A stretch of DNA of 64,000 nucleotides from a virus, in IMG/VR virus record IMGVR_UViG_3300037225_000932, positions 96,001 to 160,000 of that record; one strand, 5' to 3'. Positions 10,271 to 19,681 of the stretch are shown here, one piece after another; the first letter of the stretch is position 1, and each line of letters opens with the position of its first letter. The position numbers were made by a program, and so were the translations under genes. The notes under the pieces were generated by a model. That model did not search any database. It had not been told where the DNA came from and saw nothing but the letters and a program-made list of their open reading frames with translations.

Positions 10271-11251
10271 ATGAAAAAAGTTTTATGTTTAGACGGAGGA
10301 GGAACAAGAGGAATTATACTTTGTAATGTTCTTGATTATATTGAACAGAAAACTGGTAAACAAATACATGAATTATTTGATCTTATTGGCGGACCTTCTG
10401 TTGGAGGATTAGTTGCTGCTGGTATTACGTGTCCTGATCCAACTCAGCCTAGTCCAGCAAAACCTAGAAGCGCTAAAGATTTACAAGACCTTTTTATTAA
10501 AGAAAGTAGTAAAATATTTTCTACTTCTTTTTTTCATCGTATTAAAACTCTTTTTGGATTGACTGGATTATTATTTGATGGTATTGGAATGAAAGAAGTT
10601 TTAACTGAAACTTTTGGTAATATAAAACTTAGTGAAGTTCCTTCTAATTTAATGCTTCCTTCTTATGATGTAGATACAAATAATATAAATTTCTTTAAAA
10701 ATTTTCAAGCAAAACAAGATGATACTAAAGATTTTTTTATGAAAGATGTTGTTTCTTCTATTATAAGTATACCTGCTGTATTTTCTCCATCACGAATTAA
10801 GGATATAGCGCAGACTAGAGAATATCATTTAATAGATGGAGGAGTTATTACCTATAGTTTTAATATAGCATTATTATCAGAAGCTAAGAAATTGTTTCCT
10901 GGAGAAGAAATTTTGTTAGTTTCTATAGGAACTGGACAACCAATAATAAATGCTCCTTATTATAAATCAAGAAAATGGGGAATAATTAGATGGCTATTTC
11001 CTATAATGAAAATTATATTTTATAGTAACACATCAATTACTGATTATTATTTAAAATTACACATGCTACCACTTTCAATCGGTAAACCTTCTTATTATAG
11101 ATTACAAACAGTAACTCTGTCAAATGAAGAATCTTTTTCTTTATACGATTCAGGTGAAGCTGTTTTACTTGGCCTTGTTGCACGTTCTGATGCTTTTATT
11201 AAAGCAAATTCACAAAAAATAGATGAACTCTGCGAAATATTGAAGCTTTAA
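10271..11251 (+). CDS. Patatin-like phospholipase
   Basis: DGGGTRG, GPSVG (GxSxG) and LIDGG motifs. Confidence 0.9.
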   Translation: MKKVLCLDGGGTRGIILCNVLDYIEQKTGKQIHELFDLIGGPSVGGLVAAGITCPDPTQPSPAKPRSAKDLQDLFIKESSKIFSTSFFHRIKTLFGLTGLLFDGIGMKEVLTETFGNIKLSEVPSNLMLPSYDVDTNNINFFKNFQAKQDDTKDFFMKDVVSSIISIPAVFSPSRIKDIAQTREYHLIDGGVITYSFNIALLSEAKKLFPGEEILLVSIGTGQPIINAPYYKSRKWGIIRWLFPIMKIIFYSNTSITDYYLKLHMLPLSIGKPSYYRLQTVTLSNEESFSLYDSGEAVLLGLVARSDAFIKANSQKIDELCEILKL

Positions 11252-11269
11252 TTTTTTTGCGCGAAAAAA

Positions 11270-13015
11270 TTAAAGTAGTTTTTTTAGTAGGGATTTCGCT
11301 GTTTCTGGTATATGGGTTTGAGTTAAAGCCCAATTTATATAAGCACTATTGAAAATTAGATATTTAGTAGTCATACCTATATCTGAATATTCAAGATTTA
11401 TTGCTCCATCATATCCAATATTGTTTATTTTAGCATTTCCTAAAACGTTGCTAGGTATTTGGCTAAATAATAATTTCATTATTAATCCAGCTTTTAATCC
11501 TTTCATGGCTTTAAATCCAAGTTTTTCTGCCATTGAGGCTATATTTAAACTTACCAATCCCCATACTGGTTTACTTTCAGCTAGTAGCTCTTGTACTCCT
11601 TTAACTATTGATTTTGGATTTCCTGCTACTCCAACTAGTTTTAATAATCCTGATCTTTGAGGACGAACTGATACATATCCATTTTTATCACCATAAAAAA
11701 TCCAACCTGAAGCTTTGTCTAAAAACCTGTTTTTATCCCAAGCTTTCCCTGTTGCTTTTTCATATGAATTTCTAAATTGGTCATAAGCTTGATCTTGATC
11801 CATTTCTGAGAATTGTATAGCAGTAGCTAACTTTACTAATTGATACCAATTTAATGATATCTTAGGAGGACTTTGCTCTTGATAAATGTTATCTTGATAT
11901 CCATAAGGTTTTTTATCTTGTAATATATCACTTATATAAGAGGCTACATATGTAGATTGTTGTTTTATTCTATCTATTTGTTTGGTATGCTCTTGTAAGG
12001 AAATTAAACTTTGTGCTATTTTATAGATTATTGATCCCGGTAAAGAATTTATTATATATCCTGGAACAACATAAAAGAAATATCTTATGTCTAATGGATT
12101 ATTGCATTTTTCAAAGATCTCAGTTAATACGGCTAATGAGGATGGATTTATTGTTCTTAATACATTTGTATTGAAAGATATTGGATCTGATATTGTCGTT
12201 TGAACATATAGTTCTTTTATGATATTATGATAATGTTTTGTAAATTTATTTATTAAGCTCATAAAAACATATAGCATATTAACGTTTTCTGGTGCAAAAA
12301 AGTTTTTAGCTTGAGATTTTATATTTTCTATATTTTTATTTAATAATTCTTTAAGAAAAGGATCATTTGTGAAAAATGAATATATTTTCTCACCTATTTC
12401 AGTAGAAAAAGAAAAAATACTAGAAGTAATATATCTTTCACATTCTTTTTTTATCTTATTTATATTTTCTGGTGATAAATACGATTTTACTCTTTGTATA
12501 CAATCAAAAAATACGTCTTGTAAATAAATTATGCTGTTATTTTTATTTAATATTTCTTCATAAAAATTATTTATAAGAGATATTTTGGTTTTTTCATCTA
12601 AAAAAGAAAGTATATGTTCAAGGATGTTGCTTATTCTTGATAATTGTCTTATACTATCGTTCTCTTTTACAAGTTTTGTTAGCTTTTGTAAAATCTCTTC
12701 TTTAAAAGTATTGTCTTTAAATATATTTGATGTTTCATCTAAGTTTAATCTTCTTATGTGTTGAATGTCATAGTTAATAGCTCTTTTGTAGATTTGGAGT
12801 TTTTCTTCTTTTGATAGATTTAATCCACTTGGAAAACTAGAGTCTAAAGGAGTATAACTTTCATGGGTTACTATTTGATTAAAAATTATTTTCTTGTATT
12901 TTTCTATATACTCTGGAGGAACTTGATCTAATATTTCTTTTAAGAGATTTCCGTTAAAATAACGAAATAATTGATTAAAAAAAGTAGCCTCGGTGTCTTT
13001 TATGTTATCTATCAT
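11270..13015 (-). CDS. Large hypothetical protein, probably the C-terminal part of the upstream ART-like gene
   Basis: The frame stays open upstream of the ATG to about 13094, across a T7 run. Internal LNWYQLVKLA motif. Confidence 0.6.
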   Translation of the reverse strand: MIDNIKDTEATFFNQLFRYFNGNLLKEILDQVPPEYIEKYKKIIFNQIVTHESYTPLDSSFPSGLNLSKEEKLQIYKRAINYDIQHIRRLNLDETSNIFKDNTFKEEILQKLTKLVKENDSIRQLSRISNILEHILSFLDEKTKISLINNFYEEILNKNNSIIYLQDVFFDCIQRVKSYLSPENINKIKKECERYITSSIFSFSTEIGEKIYSFFTNDPFLKELLNKNIENIKSQAKNFFAPENVNMLYVFMSLINKFTKHYHNIIKELYVQTTISDPISFNTNVLRTINPSSLAVLTEIFEKCNNPLDIRYFFYVVPGYIINSLPGSIIYKIAQSLISLQEHTKQIDRIKQQSTYVASYISDILQDKKPYGYQDNIYQEQSPPKISLNWYQLVKLATAIQFSEMDQDQAYDQFRNSYEKATGKAWDKNRFLDKASGWIFYGDKNGYVSVRPQRSGLLKLVGVAGNPKSIVKGVQELLAESKPVWGLVSLNIASMAEKLGFKAMKGLKAGLIMKLLFSQIPSNVLGNAKINNIGYDGAINLEYSDIGMTTKYLIFNSAYINWALTQTHIPETAKSLLKKLL

Positions 13016-13050
13016 ATATTTTATTACATTTATTATAATATCCTGTTCAA

Positions 13051-14367
13051 CTATGTTAATAGCTGTAGGAGAAACAGTAAAAAAAGCATTATATCATTTT
13101 TAGATAACAATCTTAATTGCTGATTTATGATATCTTTTACTAATAAAAGATCGTTGGAAGGTATAACATTTATCCTGTATGCTACAGAATAGTTATAGTT
13201 TCCGTTTAATAAATATTTAGTCCATAAGTCTTTTCTTTCATCTTCACTTAAAAGATTTTCGTATAATAAATCGTATTTTTCTACTTCCATTTGATATGAA
13301 CTTTTTAATACTGTTTTTATTATGTTATCTTTAATGATAGGAAATATTTTTTCTGTTATTTCTTTTGCTATATCTGGTGGTAATTGCTTTGTGCAATTAA
13401 ATATTTTATTAAATATAAAGAAGGTTGGAATATTGGTTACAATATTGAAAAAGGCTTTAATAATAGCGGCTTTTGTAATTTCTTTATTGTAATTTAGTAA
13501 CTTATTTATTTCTTTTTTTCCTATAAGATCAGCAATGTATGTGATATCAACTGTTAAGTTCTCTATTGCTAATATTTTGGCTTCTAATAATATGTCTTTT
13601 ATCTTTTTCTCGTTTTTTCTTTTTTCTAATACTTCTGGATCTTTATAGGCAAGATTTTTTAGTATTGTTATATTATTAGTATCAGCAACTGTTTTAATAT
13701 CGTTCCAAGTTTCAAAGTGTTGTTCTTCTTCTGGATATTTTCCTTCTGGTAATGGTAAACTTATAACTTCTCTAATATATTTTGCATTTAATAATAAATA
13801 TGTTGTGTATTCATCATTTTGTGCAGAATTGTTTATAAAAGATATGATTTTGTCTATTTTTTCCAAATCACTAATATTTTTATTATCAATTAGGTTAGAA
13901 ATTGTATTTGTTAAGTGAAATTCATTGTATGTGCCTTTTACTCCAAGCAATACGTCTTTAACTTCTGTTAACATATATAGAGGAATTTGTAAAACTAAAA
14001 TGATAGGTAATGATTTTAATTGACTAGCACTTCGATTAGCATAGTAGTTGGCATATGAAGAACTTGTGGTATAAAAAATTTGGTCTAAACCTTGACTTCT
14101 TTCTTCTCTTATACCACTATCCATTCTTGGATGCCCTTTTGTTCCAGTAGCACTAATTATATATCCATTTGATAGAATTTTATCATAAAGAGATTGACAG
14201 GTGCCATGAAATAAAGTCATTTTAACATCAAGGCTTTTTATGTAATTGTAAAATCTTATACCTGATTTTTTACGTTCTACATTAGTATATTTTCCCTGAC
14301 CAGGATTTTTTATGTATCTTTGGGGTTTCGCTATAGGAAAATCAGCTATTTTAGTATACCAATTCAT
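13051..14367 (-). CDS. MNWY-start protein with an ADP-ribosyltransferase-like domain
   Basis: TLFHGT...IFYTTSSSYANYYA...DEY pattern (H-Y-E ART-like), followed by helical repeats. Confidence 0.55.
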   Translation of the reverse strand: MNWYTKIADFPIAKPQRYIKNPGQGKYTNVERKKSGIRFYNYIKSLDVKMTLFHGTCQSLYDKILSNGYIISATGTKGHPRMDSGIREERSQGLDQIFYTTSSSYANYYANRSASQLKSLPIILVLQIPLYMLTEVKDVLLGVKGTYNEFHLTNTISNLIDNKNISDLEKIDKIISFINNSAQNDEYTTYLLLNAKYIREVISLPLPEGKYPEEEQHFETWNDIKTVADTNNITILKNLAYKDPEVLEKRKNEKKIKDILLEAKILAIENLTVDITYIADLIGKKEINKLLNYNKEITKAAIIKAFFNIVTNIPTFFIFNKIFNCTKQLPPDIAKEITEKIFPIIKDNIIKTVLKSSYQMEVEKYDLLYENLLSEDERKDLWTKYLLNGNYNYSVAYRINVIPSNDLLLVKDIINQQLRLLSKNDIMLFLLFLLQLLT

Positions 14368-14808
14368 TTACATGTATATTCCAAAAATACTAGCTAAATT
14401 TCCATTAAGATAGAATATCGGACTAGCAACAAATTTTGCACTATACACACTTCCGTCTTTTTTGTAATTTTCAACTATGCCTATATATAACTTTCCTTTT
14501 CCTATTGTTTCTTTTAACTTTTTTGAATTGTTGATATCGTTATTTTTATGTCCTAATATTCTTACCTCCTGTCCAAGTAATTCTTCAGATGAATATCCTG
14601 ACATATCACATAATGCTTTATTTGCGAAAATTATTTTGGGATCATCTAAATCTGCTGATGTTATTACTATAGCATTTTCTGATTTCTCCATTTCTTGCTT
14701 GAGAAATTTTAAATAACTTGAAAATGCTTGAAAATTCAAAAATAAATTATTACTATATTCTTTATTATTTTCTTTTGAAAATAATTTCTTTAGTGTGTCC
14801 AATATCAT
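14368..14808 (-). CDS. Stand-alone PAS domain protein (LOV-like fold without the photoactive Cys)
   Basis: AIVITSAD..DPKIIFANKALCDMSGYSSEELLGQEVRIL and NYKKDGSVY. Confidence 0.8.
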   Translation of the reverse strand: MILDTLKKLFSKENNKEYSNNLFLNFQAFSSYLKFLKQEMEKSENAIVITSADLDDPKIIFANKALCDMSGYSSEELLGQEVRILGHKNNDINNSKKLKETIGKGKLYIGIVENYKKDGSVYSAKFVASPIFYLNGNLASIFGIYM

Positions 14809-14827
14809 AATACTTTTTCTCCATTTT

Positions 14828-15064
14828 TTAATAAAGCGATTTGCCAAAATGTTCATCTAAAATTTTTTCTAAAACTGATAAGATTAGTTGCTTGCTTGCT
14901 TTTTGAGATAATAACTTTTTTTTACCATTTACTTCTATATCTGCTGGAACACTTAAATCTTCTCCTGGCTTCTGAAATGTCCCTAATAATCTTATTTTTA
15001 TATCCGTCACACTTGTTGGTCCCGCTTTTTTAATTAATGACTTTAATGAGAAAATTTCTTTCAT
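14828..15064 (-). CDS. Hypothetical protein
   Basis: 78-aa ORF with AAGGT RBS. Confidence 0.5.
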   Translation of the reverse strand: MKEIFSLKSLIKKAGPTSVTDIKIRLLGTFQKPGEDLSVPADIEVNGKKKLLSQKASKQLILSVLEKILDEHFGKSLY

Positions 15065-15241
15065 TACCTTTTACTCCAGTTATATCCTTTTATTATTTAA
15101 CTATTTTGATGTTAATCCTTCTGCTTAGAATAAATATATTCCTATATTTTTTGTAATGGAAAAGCTTATAAGGTACCTCTTTTTAAGAAAAAATTTTATT
15201 ATGATAGAAAAAGTTTATAAGGTATCCCTTTTCTGTCGATA

Positions 15242-15799
15242 ATGTCTGATATGAGCTTAATAACTGATTTTTATATAAATAACGGAGAAGATAATAAAGG
15301 ACGGACTTTGAAGTCTATACTTGAAAAAAGTGATATTTATTTAGAAACATCACACGATATAATTCAATGGTTATTTCCTTTACACGAAAAATCATACCAT
15401 TCTATAAATAGCCCAGTTTTAACTAAAGAAGATGTGGAAATCCTTCAATCTTCTTTAATAGCAAAAGAAAATATGATATTATCACTTAGAAGATTTTGTA
15501 AATTTCTTGGTTTACTTCCTTATGACCAAAATAAAATAAGAGTATGGTGTAATAATGGAAATCATAATCTTCTTCGTATTACTCGTATAATTAGAAGTTT
15601 GAGGTTATTTGGAATAAATGATAAAACTATAATCTTTTACGAAGCTATTTCTAAATTGGCCAAAGAAAAAGGTATCTCAAATAATACTTTAGAATATTGG
15701 GAAAAAGCATATTTCGATGATGTTTGGAATTCAATGACAGACAAATTCCTTGAAGAAAAAGAAATAAAAATATTTTCTGTAGAATATTTTCAAAAATAA
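15242..15799 (+). CDS. Opioid growth factor receptor (OGFr) conserved-domain protein
   Basis: LETSHDIIQWLFP and NHNLLRITRIIRSL signature motifs. Confidence 0.85.
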   Translation: MSDMSLITDFYINNGEDNKGRTLKSILEKSDIYLETSHDIIQWLFPLHEKSYHSINSPVLTKEDVEILQSSLIAKENMILSLRRFCKFLGLLPYDQNKIRVWCNNGNHNLLRITRIIRSLRLFGINDKTIIFYEAISKLAKEKGISNNTLEYWEKAYFDDVWNSMTDKFLEEKEIKIFSVEYFQK

Positions 15800-15946
15800 C
15801 TAAAAGATATCTCTTTTTGCGAAAAATTTTATTATGGAGCAAGAAGCCTTTAGGGTACCCTCTTTTTAAGAAAAAATATATTATAGGGAGAAATGTCTTA
15901 GGGTACCTCTTATAAAAGTGATTGTTAAAAATGGTAAAATATAAAA

Positions 15947-16489
15947 ATGACTGCTGGAAGAAACATAAAAAGTTTAAGTTCAGATTGGGGAACACCTTTA
16001 GAATATATCAATATTGTAAAAAATATATTTAATGGGAAAATATTTTTAGATCCCTGTTCAAATAAGTATTCTATCGTAAATGCTAAAGTGAGTTATTCTT
16101 TACCATTAAATGATGGATTAAAAGAAAATTGGAATTATCCAACTATCTATGTAAATCCTCCTTATGGTAGAGATTATGAAAGAAAAACTACTATTAAGGA
16201 TTGGTTAAATAAATGCACGAAAACACATCTTGAGTATAAATCAGAAATTATTGCTTTAATACCGGTTGCCACTAATACTAAACATTGGCAAAATAATATA
16301 TTTCTGTTTGCTATAAGTATATGCTTTTTAAAAGTGTCTAGATTAAAATTTCTACAAAATGGTAATCCTAACAATCAAGGTGCCCCAATGTCATGTGCTT
16401 TAATATATTGGGGAACTAGTCCTGAAAAATTTGAAGAAAATACTAAAAATGTTGGTAAGGTTTTTCATATAAATAAAAATATATTATAG
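15947..16489 (+). CDS. Phage-type DNA N6-adenine methyltransferase
   Basis: DWGTP, LDPC, NPPYG and RLKF motifs. Confidence 0.85.
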   Translation: MTAGRNIKSLSSDWGTPLEYINIVKNIFNGKIFLDPCSNKYSIVNAKVSYSLPLNDGLKENWNYPTIYVNPPYGRDYERKTTIKDWLNKCTKTHLEYKSEIIALIPVATNTKHWQNNIFLFAISICFLKVSRLKFLQNGNPNNQGAPMSCALIYWGTSPEKFEENTKNVGKVFHINKNIL

Positions 16490-17060
16490 GGGAAAATCTC
16501 TTTAGGGTACCCCCTTAAACTATAAATCTATAATTAAATTGATATAAAAAGAGAGGTTGGAGATTAAAAAGGTCTAGGCTACCAGTATAAAGAGCGTTTT
16601 TGTATAGATAAGCATGGTAGGCGTATGGGGTGGCACATTACCCTGATTTTTTTAATAAATATGTAGCGCATATACCCTAGTCGAAATAAAGTGCCCCCAT
16701 CTCTCTCTTGATAGTGGGAGGTGGAGGACTTATGTATCTTGACTATTTCTTTTTAATTAAAGAGTAAGTGTTAGGAAGTTACATCCCAACCAAGCCTATA
16801 TCGAGAAGCTCTTACTCACCCCCGGAAGCCCGCGTCCCCCGATCTCAGCGTATGTTTCTTCTCATTCTCGGAAGCCCGCGTTTCTCATACTCTTTTAGAA
16901 CTTTATGCTCATTTTCGGGGAAAAACTCGACTATCAAACCTAAGCGTTTGATTTTAACCTCTCCGCATCGCTTTGACCGATTATCTCAGTCGCTTCCTTT
17001 GAGGAGTTGAGTTTTCTTTTACTCTCATTTAGAACTTATTTGTTCTTTTCAGGGAAAGTA

Positions 17061-17249
17061 TTACTTGCCTGCCGCCAAGACATTCTTGTCATGAATAGCG
17101 CCATAAAGCTCATCCCAAGCTTCATGAAGCGAATTTGCTTCGCCGCAGAAGATACCTCCATCGCCATATACATATTTGCTACCTTGTTTGTCGATCCAGA
17201 AATTGTTCTCTCTGGCGTAGGATTGAACTTGAGTAAAAGTAAGACGCAT
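17061..17249 (-). CDS. Small hypothetical protein
   Basis: Motif promoter plus AAGGAG RBS. Confidence 0.65.
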   Translation of the reverse strand: MRLTFTQVQSYARENNFWIDKQGSKYVYGDGGIFCGEANSLHEAWDELYGAIHDKNVLAAGK

Positions 17250-17336
17250 TTTTTTATTCTCCTTGGTATTATACCAGAACTTTATGACACTTTTCGGGGG
17301 AATTACTTTTGCGCAAAAAAATCCCCTTTTGGGGGA

Positions 17337-17687
17337 TTATACTGCGATGGCCAAACCCGCGGCCTGGAGGCGTTCTAAGCGGGGGGGCAGGTGGCAGGGG
17401 GCCGCATGGCGGATTGTATCCAAGGATGCCCCAGGATGCTTAGCAATGGTCGCTAGAATGGCGTTCTTGGTTTTCTGGCTGATGCCGTTCTTGCGGCCGG
17501 TAGGAACCTTGATATTGAAATGGCATTCATGCCTGGTGAAAACGGTTTCCAGGCATTTTGCCACCATCATCTGTCCCATCCTATCGTATTTTCCCCCATT
17601 CAGTTTGAGCCTGGTCCAGACCTTTCGGGCATCGAGAAGTTCATCAAGGCAGGTGTTGATCATCCTGATATCTTTGCTCGTAAGCAT
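17337..17687 (-). CDS. Hypothetical protein with a possible C-terminal HTH
   Basis: Motif promoter, RBS and downstream terminator. ILATIAKHPGASLDTIR resembles a wHTH start. Confidence 0.6.
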   Translation of the reverse strand: MLTSKDIRMINTCLDELLDARKVWTRLKLNGGKYDRMGQMMVAKCLETVFTRHECHFNIKVPTGRKNGISQKTKNAILATIAKHPGASLDTIRHAAPCHLPPRLERLQAAGLAIAV

Positions 17688-17756
17688 CGTTATGCCCTTT
17701 TATTGGAGTAATCTTTTAGAACTTATTCTTTTTTATCAGGGCAAAAATAAATAGAT

Positions 17757-17916
17757 AAAAAAAAGGAGGCCGACTGAGTTAGTTTAAGGCTAAGGAGTTA
17801 GCTAAGCTCGTTGGCGGTTACTACTAGTCGGCCTGCTCGTCCGCTATATCTCGGCAGAAGTTTTAGGATACGCTACTCAGCGGAGGGTTTCGCGTAAACT
17901 TTTACTTCTGTTGCAC
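17757..17916 (-). ncRNA. Pseudoknotted small RNA, family B member 1
   Basis: Own promoter and terminator, no ORF. Stems CAGAAGU/ACUUCUG and UACGC/GCGUA; pseudoknot UCCGCU/AGCGGA. Confidence 0.6.
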
Positions 17917-17963
17917 ATTCATTTAGAACTTTATTGAGATTTTCGGGGCATTTATTTTTGCGC

Positions 17964-18052
17964 AAAAAAAACCCTTGAAGTTGGCATACGTTTTGTGCCA
18001 TTTCAAGGGGTGAACAATGCTTCCAAGTCTGGAAGCGACAGAAAGCCGCAAC
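17964..18052 (-). ncRNA. ~85-nt small RNA cassette
   Basis: Promoter, then a GCUUCCA/UGGAAGC hairpin, then a CCCUUGAA/UUCAAGGG-U8 terminator. Confidence 0.5.
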
Positions 18053-18115
18053 ATTTATTTAGAACTTATTTGTTTTTTTCGGGGCATTTATTTTTGCGCA
18101 AAAGAAAGAGGGGAT

Positions 18116-18316
18116 TTAACCCTCATCCATATCAGCTTCCCAATTGTCTAGGGAATGATCGTCATCATCCCCGTCGTCGATAGTATCTTCAATAAAATCC
18201 TCTAAAATTTCGTAATCTTCGTAATCCTCATCTTCGAGATTTGGCCCATCGTAGAGCGGGGCGACATTATCGCAACCTTGGCAGTCGGGATTTTCGCAAT
18301 GATCGCAGGGGTGCAT
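18116..18316 (-). CDS. Small Cys4, very acidic protein
   Basis: CDHC..CQGC followed by a D/E-rich tail; AAGGA RBS. Confidence 0.65.
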   Translation of the reverse strand: MHPCDHCENPDCQGCDNVAPLYDGPNLEDEDYEDYEILEDFIEDTIDDGDDDDHSLDNWEADMDEG

Positions 18317-18461
18317 TTTGCGGTCCTTTTCTTTGACTGAGGATTTAGAACTTTATTGAATTTATCAGGGCATTTGTTTTTGCGCAAAAAAAAAAGAGAA
18401 TTGCCAGGAAACGGATTATCAGTCCGGTCCTAGGTTCTCTTTAATTTATGTCGTTTTTTTT

Positions 18462-18656
18462 TCAGGCTTCCACTTCAGCGGGCATTCCAACCAGTTCTAA
18501 GATCTCATGGTAAAGGCACTGTAAGTCATCGCAGAGACAAAGCTCGGTTCCCTCTTCTGAGAGCAAAACGTAACTGGACCCTTCCCGTAAAATGCTCATG
18601 TCATTGTTGGCGGCCAGGTGTTTCAGGTAGGAAAGGGTAATCAGCATGGCATTCAT
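18462..18656 (-). CDS. Small hypothetical protein
   Basis: Motif promoter and RBS. Confidence 0.55.
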   Translation of the reverse strand: MNAMLITLSYLKHLAANNDMSILREGSSYVLLSEEGTELCLCDDLQCLYHEILELVGMPAEVEA

Positions 18657-18692
18657 CCTTGTTTGTTGACAAGGGTTTAGAACTTTATAGAT

Positions 18693-18950
18693 TTAATCAG
18701 GGAAAAGATAGCCATGTCGCCGGTCGATATTCCCAGCCTCATGAGCGGCCATCAAAAGAGCAGCATCGACATCTTCAGGTTGAGAAATTAACGCTTTTAT
18801 CCAAACTAACTGAGAAACTTTTGTTCGGGGCCAGGGTTGCTCTAAAGAACTTCGGGTAACATAACAGCTAGTAAATAACTTGCCTTTGTCATTAACAAAC
18901 TGAATCTCAATGCGAAAAGCGTTATTTTCATGAACTTGACGGGTAATCAT
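18693..18950 (-). CDS. Small hypothetical protein
   Basis: Motif promoter and GAGGA RBS; the stop lies inside the next promoter. Confidence 0.6.
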   Translation of the reverse strand: MITRQVHENNAFRIEIQFVNDKGKLFTSCYVTRSSLEQPWPRTKVSQLVWIKALISQPEDVDAALLMAAHEAGNIDRRHGYLFPD

Positions 18951-19047
18951 GATATTTCCTCTCTTCTGAGGATTTAGAACTTTATAGATTTAATCGGGGA
19001 AAAATATACCTGATATTTCTATTTAATATGTAAATTGTTTTTTGCGC

Positions 19048-19203
19048 AAAAAAGAGACTTTAGGGAACAAGTCCCTAAAAGTCTCTGTATTCAAGTTTGA
19101 TTAAACTTTCCTACTTCAACGCGATTACACTCCATAGGATCGTTTACTTGAATACTGGCGAGCATAGTCAGACGCAGTTCGTCACCAGTCCGTCCATGTT
19201 TAC
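19048..19203 (-). ncRNA. Structured small RNA cassette
   Basis: Promoter; stems ACUGGUGA/UCGCCAGU and GUAUUCAAGU/ACUUGAAUAC; terminator GAGACUUU/AAAGUCUC-U. Only a 9-codon ORF. Confidence 0.5.
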
Positions 19204-19242
19204 TTTCTTTTAGAACTTTATTCTCTTTTTTCAGGGCGAAAA

Positions 19243-19404
19243 TTATTCATCGCCCATATTTCGCAGTTCTTTCTTATTTTGTTTTCGATCCTTACGGGCA
19301 TCGGGCTTGCCTCCCCAAGTTGTTGACCGAACGAACTGCCCTTCTTTTCGGGCTTCAATGACCGCGAGCATGACAGGGCTTCGATATTTCTGGTTGCGTT
19401 TCAT
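19243..19404 (-). CDS. 53-aa basic leaderless protein (not in the ORF track)
   Basis: MKRNQKYRSPVMLAVIEARKEG...; ATG 6 nt after TTCTAA. Confidence 0.6.
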   Translation of the reverse strand: MKRNQKYRSPVMLAVIEARKEGQFVRSTTWGGKPDARKDRKQNKKELRNMGDE

Positions 19405-19450
19405 GATGATTTAGAACTTATTAGGAGAAATTCAGGGAATTCCTCTATTT

Positions 19451-19660
19451 TTAGGATAAAGCCTTTTCGATGGCTTTCCTTCCCTTCTCAGTCACAATGT
19501 ATCCATGTTGATTGATGAGAAAATTCTCAGAAAGATTAAGAAAGCCATTAGCGAGCATGTCTTGGAAGAGTTGAGACCCTAATCGGTAAGAAGGATCGGC
19601 GATAAAAGCACTCAATTCTTCTGCTTCATATTCCGTTATGTCGTTTCTGGTGTTCTTCAT
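19451..19660 (-). CDS. Small leaderless protein, paralog of 20775-20987
   Basis: Shared R.D.T..EA.EL......P.Y.L.S...F...VTE.GK/R.A pattern. Confidence 0.7.
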   Translation of the reverse strand: MKNTRNDITEYEAEELSAFIADPSYRLGSQLFQDMLANGFLNLSENFLINQHGYIVTEKGRKAIEKALS

Positions 19661-19681
19661 GATGATTTAGAACTTATTAGA

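Larger units (their letters stand above)
15156..16515. repeat. Five degenerate ~45-50 bp intergenic repeats with a GGTAC/TC core
   Basis: Copies near 15156-15235 (2), 15820-15915 (2) and 16476-16515 (1), with the pattern AAAT(T/A)T(T/A)TTAT..G.AAA...TTA(A/G)GGTACC(C)TCTTTTTAAGAAAAA. Confidence 0.65.

Noticed and set aside
10271-11251. CBASS CapV effector or defence operon
   Set aside because: No CD-NTase or other CBASS gene is adjacent; it is a stand-alone patatin.
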